From Candidatus Zixiibacteriota bacterium (GTDB lineage: Bacteria > RBG-13-66-14 > B26-G2 > WVWN01), in assembly GCA_050117845.1 (NCBI GenBank), contig JASFLY010000004.1, positions 64,001 to 128,000 on the forward strand: a stretch of DNA of 64,000 bases. Reading direction: 5' to 3'. Shown here piece after piece: positions 28,523 through 38,047 of the stretch. The notes below the pieces were generated by a model. The model saw nothing but the letters and a program-made list of their open reading frames with translations. It made no database searches and had not been told where the DNA came from. The translations under genes were made by a program, and so were the position numbers. The number at the start of each line of letters is the position of its first letter. Within the stretch, counting starts at the first letter, position 1.

Positions 28523-28836
28523 GCGCTACTGCTCCCTTCGGCTCGCGGCGCGAACGTGCCGTAGCCGCGTAAAAACGAAATAAATGCCGTTCTCCCATCC
28601 GGATTTTCCGAAACGGCTGCCTTATATTAACTCCCTGCGCCGCCGTCTTTGAGCGTTCGGCGGCATAAAAAAAGCGGCGGGTTGTGCCGCCGTGGTTCGT
28701 ACCATGACATTTTCCGCAATCCGACCGCTGGCGCGGCCTCCGATGCCGACAGGGCTCCGGTTGCACCCCGCACCCGTGGTAGAATTACTTGAGCGAGCCG
28801 CCCGGCGATTGGGGCCGGGCGGCCCGTCGAGTTTCC

Positions 28837-29067
28837 CTAACTCATTACGCTTGAACCGAGCCCCACTACGAACATGATTACGTAGCAGAGGATGCAAACC
28901 ACGACCGCGACGATGGCCGCGATAAGGCAGTTCTTACCGAAGGCTTTGACTTCCGGCTCGGGCTTCTGCATATAGATGATACCGAGTATGATGCCGAGCA
29001 GCGGGATAATAAACGAAAGGATATACCACAGAACCTTCGGCTCGAGCGGCTTGTTACCGTTTGTCAT
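28837..29067 (-). CDS. Small 2-TM membrane protein, array member E (76 aa)
   Basis: KPLEPKVLWYILSFIIPLLGII..IYMQKPEPEVKAFGKNCLI; GGAGG RBS. Confidence 0.87.
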   Translation of the reverse strand: MTNGNKPLEPKVLWYILSFIIPLLGIILGIIYMQKPEPEVKAFGKNCLIAAIVAVVVCILCYVIMFVVGLGSSVMS

Positions 29068-29105
29068 GCGTCATACCTCCGTACAGGTTAAAGTTTATTG
29101 AATGA

Positions 29106-29360
29106 TTATGAGCTCATTGCAGCACCGAAAATCGACATCCCGAATATCCCGAATATGAATACGAAATACAGGATAACGCAGCACACCATAACGACTATAG
29201 CGCTGACCGCGGCGGTGATGCAATTTTTGCCGAATTTCTTGTTTTCGGGTTCGGGCTTACCCAAATAAATGGCGCCCAGGATAATCCCCAATATCGGAAT
29301 AATGAACGAGAGGATGTACCAGAGAACGGGGGGCTCGAGGGGCTTTTCACCGTTGCTCAT
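29106..29360 (-). CDS. Small 2-TM membrane protein, array member F (84 aa)
   Basis: KPLEPPVLWYILSFIIPILGII..IYLGKPEPENKKFGKNCI; AGGAG RBS. Confidence 0.87.
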   Translation of the reverse strand: MSNGEKPLEPPVLWYILSFIIPILGIILGAIYLGKPEPENKKFGKNCITAAVSAIVVMVCCVILYFVFIFGIFGMSIFGAAMSS

Positions 29361-29372
29361 GGGTCGTTACTC

Positions 29373-29603
29373 CTATAGGAACTCGGCGGCGCCGAGTACG
29401 ACGAACCACACGACGTAAAGTAATATACAGGCTACTACCCCCAGAACGGCCGCGAGGGTCGCTTTCTTGCCGAAATCCCGGCTATCGGGCGCGTCCTTGC
29501 GGCGATACAGTACGCCCAGAATGAACCCGACCACCGGTAAAATAAACGATATTATGTACCAGAGCCAACGAGGCCTCGGAGACGTTTTCTCTTCAGCTAC
29601 CAT
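29373..29603 (-). CDS. Small 2-TM membrane protein, array member G (76 aa, most divergent)
   Basis: PRPRWLWYIISFILPVVGFILGVLYRRKDAPDSRDFGKKA. Confidence 0.82.
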   Translation of the reverse strand: MVAEEKTSPRPRWLWYIISFILPVVGFILGVLYRRKDAPDSRDFGKKATLAAVLGVVACILLYVVWFVVLGAAEFL

Positions 29604-29693
29604 TGAATAAATTAATCCCAGCCTCGTCCATTTGCGTAAGTCTACTTCCTTAGCTCAACCTAACATAAAGCCTACTGAAAGTATAGTATTTTT

Positions 29694-31163
29694 TTATTCA
29701 CTCCGGCCCGCCGGGTCCGGGGGCCGGCCTCCGCCGAAGCCGAGTATCTCTTTTATCGCCGCCACGTCTTCGCGGCCCAACACGTGCAACAGGAAGAGGA
29801 GGGGTACGTACAGGCCGGGGCCGATAAGGAGCAAAGCCGGCCAGGGGACGTGGGGCCGAACGAGCCACACCGCCGCCCCCATCGCCGCCGCCGCGACGAC
29901 GGTCCGGAACGCCGCGCCGCCCAGCTTGCTCCGGTACACCAGCGCGAACGTGTATATGTAATTTTGGGCCACGGCCACGCCGAGCGAGATAAGAAGCGCC
30001 GCCGCCGCGCCCACCGCTCCCCACCGCGGGATGAGCAACAGGCAGGCCCCCGCCATCACGACGATGTTGACTACCAGGATGAGTACGCTCTTAAGCTGCT
30101 GTTCCGCCGCGAAGAGCGCCCGGTAGAAGACGTTGTTCATGTATATCGGAACGACGCCGAAGATAAGAAGGGAGAACACCGCCACCGAGCGGGCGAAATC
30201 GGTCTCGTAAACCAGCATGACGACCGGGTCCGCCAGCACGTACGCCCCGGCGGCCGCCGGCAGCGCCAACGCTACCATGTACCGCATGGATCGTTCGGCC
30301 AACCGAGTGAAGCGCGGCCTGTCCTCCCGCCACGCCCGCGAGAGGTTGGGGTACACCGCGTTCATGAACGATTCCGGCACGAGCGTCAACAGGAACATCA
30401 GCCGGTACGACGCGGAATATATGCCCACCTCCGTCGGCCCCACCAGCCGCTGGAGAAGCAGCACGTCCAGCCGCCAGTAGACCGAGGCCAGGACCGCCAG
30501 GCCCGCGAACGGCAGCGCGCCCCGCAGCATACGGACTATAAACGCCCCGTCGAATCGAACCCGCGTGCCCCGCGTCTGCCACAGGCACATCGGCACCGAT
30601 ATGGCCGCGGACGCGAACTCCACCCCCGCCCGCACGAAGAAGAGCGCGATGACGCCGTGGCCCATCCACAGTACGAGGATGCTCAGGCCGGTGATGAGGA
30701 CCCGTTTGATGAAGGTGAAGAGCGTGATGAACTCGGCCTTCTCGATGCCGATAAAGGACGACTCGGCCGCCGCCCCCAAAGACGCCGGGACCAGCGCGAA
30801 CGACGCCACGACCGCGGCGAGGTACGTGTCGCGGGCGAGGCCGTAGGCCGCGGCGACGCCGTTCATGGCGCCCACGAGCAGCAGCGCGACGGCGCCCACG
30901 AGCAGCGCGGCGTGCACGAAGTACTTGCCGGCGTCCTCCCGGTTCCGGCCTATCTCGCGGGGCAGGAAGTTCTGCAGGCCGAAGAAGGACACCAGCTCGA
31001 AGACCAGGTAGAAGGCCACGACGAACGAATACTTGCCGAAGTCCTCGACCCCTAGCCGCCGGGAGGCGTAGACTATCAGTAAAAATCCCGCCACCTGGTT
31101 GATAATCCGGGTGGCGAAGAGGGCGGTAGTATTCTTCGCGATTCGACGCTTCATCACCGTCAT
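29694..31163 (-). CDS. Wzx-type polysaccharide/O-antigen flippase
   Basis: RIAKNT, RRLGVEDFGKYSF, about 14 TMs, RLDVLLL, EVGIYSASYRL, LIPRWGAVGAA. Confidence 0.88.
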   Translation of the reverse strand: MTVMKRRIAKNTTALFATRIINQVAGFLLIVYASRRLGVEDFGKYSFVVAFYLVFELVSFFGLQNFLPREIGRNREDAGKYFVHAALLVGAVALLLVGAMNGVAAAYGLARDTYLAAVVASFALVPASLGAAAESSFIGIEKAEFITLFTFIKRVLITGLSILVLWMGHGVIALFFVRAGVEFASAAISVPMCLWQTRGTRVRFDGAFIVRMLRGALPFAGLAVLASVYWRLDVLLLQRLVGPTEVGIYSASYRLMFLLTLVPESFMNAVYPNLSRAWREDRPRFTRLAERSMRYMVALALPAAAGAYVLADPVVMLVYETDFARSVAVFSLLIFGVVPIYMNNVFYRALFAAEQQLKSVLILVVNIVVMAGACLLLIPRWGAVGAAAALLISLGVAVAQNYIYTFALVYRSKLGGAAFRTVVAAAAMGAAVWLVRPHVPWPALLLIGPGLYVPLLFLLHVLGREDVAAIKEILGFGGGRPPDPAGRSE

Positions 31164-31286
31164 ATTGCCGCAAGGATAACATAACGGCCTTGCCAGTCAA
31201 GCCTAAGGATGATACGACGAGCCGCCGCCCGGCAAATAATTCCGGCCCGCCGGGCGCCGAAATATCTTATAATAAAAGGTTACCCT

Positions 31287-34200
31287 ATGCAGGCCGCCGC
31301 CGATAATTTTTACCTCGAGCGCGTCGCCCGCCACCCGGTCTTCCGGGAGGTCGCGGAGGCCGTGCGCGCACGTCCGGCCGAGGCCGTGCCGGTGGGGGGC
31401 CTCGCGGCCGGGGCCGCCGCCCTCTTCACCGCCGCCCTGCGCCGCGAACTCGGCCGGCCCGTCCTGACCGTCCTGGCCTCGCCCGAAGCGGCGGAGGCCT
31501 TCGCCGCCGACGCGCGGAGCTACGGCGGCGACGGCGCGCTCCTCCTCGAGCCGTACGGCGTGGTGCCGCTCCGGCCCGTCTCGCCTGGGCCCGCGGCCGC
31601 GGCCGGCCGCATCAAAACGCTCCTCTCGCTGGACGCCCCCGGCGCCTGGGCCGTGACTTCCGCGGCCACGCTGGGCCGCCGCCTGCCGCCCCCGAAGGAC
31701 TTACGCCGCGCCGCCGTCCGCATCGCGCCCGGCGACGCCCTCGACCTCGCTTCCCTGGAGGCCGACCTGCCCTGGCGCGGCTACGAGCGCGTGGGGATGG
31801 TGGAGGGGCCCGCGCAGTTCGCCCGGCGCGGCGCCCTACTCGACGTCTTCCCGGCCGGGGCCGAGCGGCCCGCCCGCGTCGAGTTCTTCGGCGATACGGC
31901 GGAGTCCATCCGGGGTTTCGACGTGGCGACGCAGCGCCGCGGCGCCGAACTCGCCGAACTCGTCCTCCCTCCCGCCCGGGAAGTGGTCCTCTCGCCGGAT
32001 CGCGTGGCCCGGGCCGTCCGCGTCATCCGGGAGCGCTTCGGCGAGGACGTGGCCCAGGAGGCGTACGAGGCGCTGGACCTCTATCGCTACTTCGACGGCG
32101 TCGAGAACCTCCTGCCCTTCCTCTACGAAGAGACGGCGGCGCTCTTCGACTACTTCCCCGAGAAACCGTTGCTCGTCGTGTACGACCCGGAGGGCGTCGC
32201 GGCCGCCGGCGCCGTCACCGTGGCCGCCGGGGAGGGCGGTTTCCCCTTCCCCCGGCCGGAAGAGCTCTTCCGGTCCTGCGACGAACTGCTGGCCGCCTTC
32301 GGTGCGGACGGCGGGACCGTGCTTACTATCCAGCCCGGCCCCGAAGGCCGCGGGGCCAACTTCCGTTCGCGGGACGTGGACCACGTTACGGGTCGCCTCG
32401 ACGTCTTCGCCGACGAGGCCCGAAGGCTTGGCCGCCGGGGCGACGTCGTCGTCCACGTGGACCGGCCCGACCAGGGCGAGCGCTTCCGCGAGATAGCCTT
32501 GGCCCATGCCGAGGACCTCGACGTCCGCTACGACGTGCGGGGGAGCCGGCGAGGCTTCGTCTGGGACGACCTCAAACTGGCCGTCTTCCCGGCGTGGCAG
32601 GTCCTGGGCCGCCGGCCCTCCGTACGGCGGCGGGGCCGGCTGCCGCGCTTCGAGGTGGGCGACGAGGCTACGAAGATAAATTCGGCCTTCGACCTCAAGC
32701 CCGGCGACCTCGTCGTCCACGCCGACCACGGCGTGGGGCGCTTCGAGGGGCTGGCCGCCATTCCCGTGGGCGAGCACCGCGAGGAATTCATCACGCTGAC
32801 CTACGCCGACGGCGACCGCCTCTACGTCCCGGTGTACAACCTGGGCGTGGTTTATAAATACGTGGGGGGCGACCCGGCCTCCCGGCCGCTGGACCGCCTC
32901 GGCGGGGCCGCCTGGCGCAAGGCCCGGGCCAAGGCGAAGAAGTCCGCCGAGAAGCTGGCCCGCCAATTGGTAGAGATATACGCGGCCCGGACGGCCCGCG
33001 CCGGCCACTCGTTCCGCGGCGACCCGAACTGGGACGAGGAGCTGGCCGAGACCTTCCCCTATCCGGAGACGCCCGACCAGCTCCGCGCCATCGACGAGGT
33101 CGCCGGCGACATGGCGGCCGAGAAGCCGATGGACAGGCTGGTCTGCGGCGACGTCGGCTTCGGCAAGACCGAGGTCGCCGTGCGGGCGGCCCTGCGCGCC
33201 GTCGCCGACGGCAAGCAGGTGGCGGTCCTCGTCCCCACCACCATCCTGGCCGACCAGCACTACGCGACCTTCCGGGAGCGCCTGGCGCCCTTCGCCGTGC
33301 GCGTCGAGATGCTCAGCCGGTTCAAGAAGGCCGCCGAGCAGAAAGAGATAGCCGCGGGCCTCGCCTCCGGCGCGGTGGACGTCGTCATCGGCACGCACCG
33401 TCTCCTGTCCCGCGACGTGTCCTTCGCCGACCTGGGCCTGCTGGTCGTCGACGAGGAACAGCACTTCGGCGTCGCCCACAAGGAGCGGATCAAGGAACTG
33501 CGGAAGCTCGTGGACGTGTTGACGCTGACGGCCACGCCCATCCCGCGGACGCTCCACATGGCCATGGCCGGCCTGCGCGACCTCTCGCTCATCGGGACCG
33601 CGCCGCTCGAGCGCCTGCCCATCCACACCGTCGTCGCCCCCTTCGACGAGGACCTGGTCATAGACGCGATAACGCGGGAGCTCGGCCGGGGGGGCCAGGT
33701 CTTCTTCGTCCACAACCGCGTGAAGACGATAGTCGGCGTGGCGGAGTACCTGGCGGGCCTGGTGCCCGAGGCGCGCTTCGGCGTCGCCCACGGCCAGCTC
33801 AAGGAGAGCGAGCTCGAGCGCATCATGCACGACTTCGCCGGCGGCCGGTTCGACGTGTTGGTGTCCTCGGCCATCATCGAGGCGGGCCTCGACTTCCCGA
33901 ACGTCAACACCATAATCGTCAACCGCGCCGACACCTTCGGCCTGAGCCAGCTCCACCAGCTCCGCGGCCGCGTGGGCCGGTCCCACGCCCGGGCCTACGC
34001 CTACCTCCTAACGCCCCCCAGCCACGCCCTGACCGACGCCGCCCGCCAGCGCCTCCAGGCCCTGCGCGACGCGACCGAACTCGGCTCCGGCTTTCGCCTG
34101 GCGATGCGCGACCTCGAGATCCGGGGGGCCGGGAACATGCTGGGGCCGGAGCAGAGCGGCGCCGTGGCGGCCGTGGGGCTGGACCTCTACACCCGCATCC

Positions 34201-34721
34201 TCGCCGCCGAGGTGGCCCGCCTGAAGGGGGAGGAACCGGCGGCCGAGGCCGAGGTCACGGTGCGATTGGAGCTTGACGCGCTGATACCCGCGTCGTATAT
34301 TGCGGACGAAAGGCAGCGCCTCGGCATCTATCGCCGCTTGAGCGAGGCCCGGGACGACCGGGAGGTATCGGCCTTGGCGGAGGAGTTGCGGGACCGTTTC
34401 GGCCCCGTGCCCGACGAGCTGTCGCGCCTCCTCGTCGTGCGGCGGGTGAGCCTGTGGGGCGGCCGGGCGGGCGCGGCCGCGGTCTCCGTCGGCGCCGGCG
34501 ACCTGACGCTCGAGTTCGAGCCGGGCCGTTTCGAGGCCGTGGCGGACGCGGAAGCCCCCGGCGTCGTGACGGGCGTGGACGTTCGCGTGGGGCGGCGCGG
34601 CAAGACGTACGTTACGCTCGAGCTGGCCGAGGACGTCCCGGCCGAAGAGGCGGCGTTGGACGTGTTGAAGTGTTTCGCCCGGGCCGCGGAGAGGGTAGGC
34701 GCGGCCGGGGCCCAGGGGTAA
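31287..34721 (+). CDS. mfd: Transcription-repair coupling factor
   Basis: UvrB-like N-region, VHADHGVGRF (RID), FPYPETPDQ, GDVGFGKTE, DEEQHFG, TATPIPRT, QLRGRVGR, TRG motif, TRCF domain. Confidence 0.97.
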   Translation: MQAAADNFYLERVARHPVFREVAEAVRARPAEAVPVGGLAAGAAALFTAALRRELGRPVLTVLASPEAAEAFAADARSYGGDGALLLEPYGVVPLRPVSPGPAAAAGRIKTLLSLDAPGAWAVTSAATLGRRLPPPKDLRRAAVRIAPGDALDLASLEADLPWRGYERVGMVEGPAQFARRGALLDVFPAGAERPARVEFFGDTAESIRGFDVATQRRGAELAELVLPPAREVVLSPDRVARAVRVIRERFGEDVAQEAYEALDLYRYFDGVENLLPFLYEETAALFDYFPEKPLLVVYDPEGVAAAGAVTVAAGEGGFPFPRPEELFRSCDELLAAFGADGGTVLTIQPGPEGRGANFRSRDVDHVTGRLDVFADEARRLGRRGDVVVHVDRPDQGERFREIALAHAEDLDVRYDVRGSRRGFVWDDLKLAVFPAWQVLGRRPSVRRRGRLPRFEVGDEATKINSAFDLKPGDLVVHADHGVGRFEGLAAIPVGEHREEFITLTYADGDRLYVPVYNLGVVYKYVGGDPASRPLDRLGGAAWRKARAKAKKSAEKLARQLVEIYAARTARAGHSFRGDPNWDEELAETFPYPETPDQLRAIDEVAGDMAAEKPMDRLVCGDVGFGKTEVAVRAALRAVADGKQVAVLVPTTILADQHYATFRERLAPFAVRVEMLSRFKKAAEQKEIAAGLASGAVDVVIGTHRLLSRDVSFADLGLLVVDEEQHFGVAHKERIKELRKLVDVLTLTATPIPRTLHMAMAGLRDLSLIGTAPLERLPIHTVVAPFDEDLVIDAITRELGRGGQVFFVHNRVKTIVGVAEYLAGLVPEARFGVAHGQLKESELERIMHDFAGGRFDVLVSSAIIEAGLDFPNVNTIIVNRADTFGLSQLHQLRGRVGRSHARAYAYLLTPPSHALTDAARQRLQALRDATELGSGFRLAMRDLEIRGAGNMLGPEQSGAVAAVGLDLYTRILAAEVARLKGEEPAAEAEVTVRLELDALIPASYIADERQRLGIYRRLSEARDDREVSALAEELRDRFGPVPDELSRLLVVRRVSLWGGRAGAAAVSVGAGDLTLEFEPGRFEAVADAEAPGVVTGVDVRVGRRGKTYVTLELAEDVPAEEAALDVLKCFARAAERVGAAGAQG

Positions 34722-34729
34722 CCTGTGAA

Positions 34730-35476
34730 ATGACGATCAAGTGCAATAACTGCGGGGCGGATAACGCGGACGACGCCGAACGGTGCAGCGCGTGTGACGA
34801 AGCGTTGGGCCAGGGCGACGTTCCCGACGGCGTCCAGATAGAGGTCTACGACATAGGCCAACCCGCCGAGCGCAAGCCGACGTACTTCGAGGAGACGCTG
34901 GCGGCCACGCGGGAGAGCACCCGCGGGAAGGAAGCGCCGGCCGGTCGAACCGCCGGCTCGCCGGGCCGGGCCGCCGGTTCGTCGGGCCTGGAGGAGGAGC
35001 TCCGGCCCGGCTACGAGATACGGCAGCGGCGCGTCAGCCACCGCCTGCGCCGGCCCCGTAACGTTATACTCATCACCGTGGCGGGCGTCGCGCTCGCCGT
35101 CGCCGTCATATACGGCGTGCGCTGGGGCGTAGGTCGCCTGCCCAAGTACGAGTACGCCGAACCCGCCCACGTCGCGTCCACCAACGTGGCGCTGGAACTC
35201 GCGGGCGAACTCGAGTCGGATAAGGTTGATAACCTCGTCGCCCGGGGGGAGCCGTACGCCGCCCTCACCGTGCGGGGGGACGGCGGCCGCGTCTTCGTGG
35301 ACGGGAACTACGTCGCGGACGTACCGGCTTCGAACGTGGCCGTGCCCACGGGGCGGCACCACGTCGTCGTGAAGCGCGGACACGAAATAGCGCTCGACGA
35401 GACGCTGGACTTCCGCGCCCGCGAACGCTACGCGCTCGAGCCCACGGGCGCCGCCGCGCTCGCCGGCCCGCGTTAA
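34730..35476 (+). CDS. Zinc-ribbon + TM + PEGA-like domain protein
   Basis: MTIKCNNCGADN...CSACD, central TM, VFVDG.YV...P...VPTGRHHVVVKR. Confidence 0.75.
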   Translation: MTIKCNNCGADNADDAERCSACDEALGQGDVPDGVQIEVYDIGQPAERKPTYFEETLAATRESTRGKEAPAGRTAGSPGRAAGSSGLEEELRPGYEIRQRRVSHRLRRPRNVILITVAGVALAVAVIYGVRWGVGRLPKYEYAEPAHVASTNVALELAGELESDKVDNLVARGEPYAALTVRGDGGRVFVDGNYVADVPASNVAVPTGRHHVVVKRGHEIALDETLDFRARERYALEPTGAAALAGPR

Positions 35477-35482
35477 CCTAGT

Positions 35483-38047
35483 TTATTCGGGGGACGCCGG
35501 CTCTTCGGGCCTGCGGCGCAGGCCCCGGGGGGCCCTGATGACGGAGGCGAGGGATTCGACCCGCTTGCGCCGCAACTGCAGGCCGTAGAAGTTGCGGGTT
35601 TTGAAGTAGTAGTCGTCGTTGCGGCGGAAGAATTTATAGTTGGCCGCCAGGCAATCGACGTACGAGATGACCTCCCGGTCGAGTTTCATCAACGCCGCTT
35701 CCGGCCAGCTTATCCCCTCTTTCTTTTTATGCCAGAAGGGCCCCAGCCAGCGGATTAGCTTCTCCACGCGCTCGGTGCCCGCCGCTCCCTTTTTCTGAAT
35801 GGGGAAACGTTTCCGACCCCGGGAATACTCGTAGAGGTCCTCGCGGAAGCGCGCCAGAAACGGCGTCATGTCCCCCTCGCAATCGTTCAGGAAGTAATCG
35901 ACGCCCTCGTTGGTCGCAGCCGTCGTCGGGTCGTCGTAGATCTCCGTTATCATGACCTTCACGGACCCGGGGCCCGCGTTGTACATCGCGCTCGCCAGCT
36001 TGACGCGGTTGACGCGACCCTTCTCCGTCCCCCACGACAGGCAGCCGTCGCCCGACGTCGCCCGGGCGAAGTCCTTGCCGTACGACCGGGAGTTGGCCTG
36101 GTCGATCATCTCCCGCAGGAATTGCGCGCCTATTTCTATGTTGAATCGGGCCACGTTCCGCACCGCGTAGCGGGAGTTGTAGGGCAGGCGGTTCATGCGG
36201 GTCGCCACCAGGCCGCCTTCCGTCGGGAACGTTATCTTGTAGTTCGTCCCGTGGATGAGGTCCGCCGTGCACTGCATGTATCCGGTGGCGGAGCCGCGGC
36301 CGCGGCCCACCCGGTAGCAGGGGCCGTCGGCCAGCGCGTGCGCGAAGCCGCACTCCTGGTACGAGATAGCCATCATGAACGCCACGAAGTCGGCGTCCGA
36401 GGGGTCGTACTTCTTGCCGGGCACCGGGTCCCCGGACGTCGGCGGCGGGCTGTAGCGGCGCTTCTCGGCGTTGACGCGGCGGCCCACTTCCCAGAACGTG
36501 TGGTAGAGACTGTGGTAGGGGTCGCTCTCGTTGTAGGCCTGGAAGTTGTCGAACTCGCGGAGCGGCAGCTCCACCGGCACGCCTTCGATTTTGAACTTGA
36601 GGTAGAGGGCGTGCTCGATGAGGGCGGGCCCGATTATCCGGCCCAGGTCCTCTTCGGTCGCGGCGTAACCGCGGCCGGGCGGCAGGTTGTCCACGCCGTC
36701 GAGGATGCGTTCCTCCGCCGTCGTGTCGTACGGGAAGCGCCGCCGGAACTCCGCCACGCAGGCCACCATGTCGTCGTCGTAAACCCCCCAGATGTTCCGC
36801 CGCGGCGTGTACTCGTACGACGTGTCGCATTCCCCCAGCGTGGCCAGTGCGAGGTTGAGGGTCCGCTTGACGTAATAGACCGCGCCGGAGGCGACGGCCT
36901 CGCCGCTCTCGCCCGGCGGCGAGTAGTAGAGGAAGCCCGGCCGTTCGTACGTCTCGCCCTCGACGTAAATGTTCTCGACGCCCTTTATCGGCCCCAGTAT
37001 CGGTTGGGGGGTGCCCAGGCTGTAGTAGGGGAACGCGTTCTCGCCCTCCTCGTCCTTCGCGATTATGGGTTGAGGATTGAACCGCGGGTCGGACGAGGCC
37101 GGCAGAACGGCGACCGTCAGGTGGCCGGCCGACACGTCCGGCGGGAAGGCGTAGTACACGTCCTTGCCGGAGCGCACCGAGAGGCGCGCGTCGTAGAGGC
37201 CCGGCGGCAGCGGCTTGAAAGCCCCGGGTCCGACGTTGGCCACGTTGAGCCAGGTGAATTTGTTGACGGGGTCCTTGCCCAGTCGCATGGGGTACCCCTG
37301 GGCCGGGTCGACGTATCCGTCGCTCGCGGCCTCGAACACCTTCTCGCCCTTCCCGTCGTCCGTGTGCCGGAATACCTCCAACCGGACGACGTCCCCCGGC
37401 CGCGGCGGCGGGTCCAGCGTATAGCGGAAGACCGTGGACAGGCAGAGGCAGGCCGGGTCGTCGTCGACGAGGAAGCGGAAGTCCGCCTCCTCCAGCGTGA
37501 CCTCCAGGAAACCCTCGTTGTCGAAGTAGCCGCCCTCGGGGCCGCCGGCGATGAGGCGGTCCGATACGCGCAGGCGCACCGCCTTCCCGCGGCCCGCCAC
37601 GTAGTAGGTATAACGGTGGTTGGCCTCGTCTTTGACGTCCGCGGTCGCGAGGCGGTCGTCTATGACGATGGACGAGCGGGGCGTGTCGAAGGGGTCGCTC
37701 TCGGTGACGTATTCGGCGTCGTAGCGCCGGCCGTCGCCGGCGCCGACGTAGGTGCCGCTTACGGTGAGTTTGTAGAGTTTGCCGTCGAGGAGGGTGTGGG
37801 GAACCGTGACCTCGGAGCCGTCGGTGGGAAGGAGGACGACGCCGGCGTCGCCCTTGTCGAAAGGAGTGAGAACTAGGACGACGGACGCGACCGCCGCCGC
37901 GGCCCCCTTGAGTTTGGTCCGGCGAGGCCGCGTCCACAGGTAACGGGCCAAGGCCGCGACGCGCCGGCCGCACCAGCGGGTGACCGCCCACGAGAGGCGC
38001 CATACCGCCCGCGCCGCCCGGCCCAGGACTGCCAGCGTCCGTTTCAC
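35483..38047 (-). CDS. Membrane-anchored multidomain protein with C-terminal lytic-transglycosylase (SLT)-like domain
   Basis: GTG start overlapping the upstream TGA. SLT-like motifs AISYQECG, ATGYMQ, NIEIGAQFL, AMYNAGPG, YV, preceded by Ig-like and PG-binding-like segments. Confidence 0.7.
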   Translation of the reverse strand: MKRTLAVLGRAARAVWRLSWAVTRWCGRRVAALARYLWTRPRRTKLKGAAAAVASVVLVLTPFDKGDAGVVLLPTDGSEVTVPHTLLDGKLYKLTVSGTYVGAGDGRRYDAEYVTESDPFDTPRSSIVIDDRLATADVKDEANHRYTYYVAGRGKAVRLRVSDRLIAGGPEGGYFDNEGFLEVTLEEADFRFLVDDDPACLCLSTVFRYTLDPPPRPGDVVRLEVFRHTDDGKGEKVFEAASDGYVDPAQGYPMRLGKDPVNKFTWLNVANVGPGAFKPLPPGLYDARLSVRSGKDVYYAFPPDVSAGHLTVAVLPASSDPRFNPQPIIAKDEEGENAFPYYSLGTPQPILGPIKGVENIYVEGETYERPGFLYYSPPGESGEAVASGAVYYVKRTLNLALATLGECDTSYEYTPRRNIWGVYDDDMVACVAEFRRRFPYDTTAEERILDGVDNLPPGRGYAATEEDLGRIIGPALIEHALYLKFKIEGVPVELPLREFDNFQAYNESDPYHSLYHTFWEVGRRVNAEKRRYSPPPTSGDPVPGKKYDPSDADFVAFMMAISYQECGFAHALADGPCYRVGRGRGSATGYMQCTADLIHGTNYKITFPTEGGLVATRMNRLPYNSRYAVRNVARFNIEIGAQFLREMIDQANSRSYGKDFARATSGDGCLSWGTEKGRVNRVKLASAMYNAGPGSVKVMITEIYDDPTTAATNEGVDYFLNDCEGDMTPFLARFREDLYEYSRGRKRFPIQKKGAAGTERVEKLIRWLGPFWHKKKEGISWPEAALMKLDREVISYVDCLAANYKFFRRNDDYYFKTRNFYGLQLRRKRVESLASVIRAPRGLRRRPEEPASPE

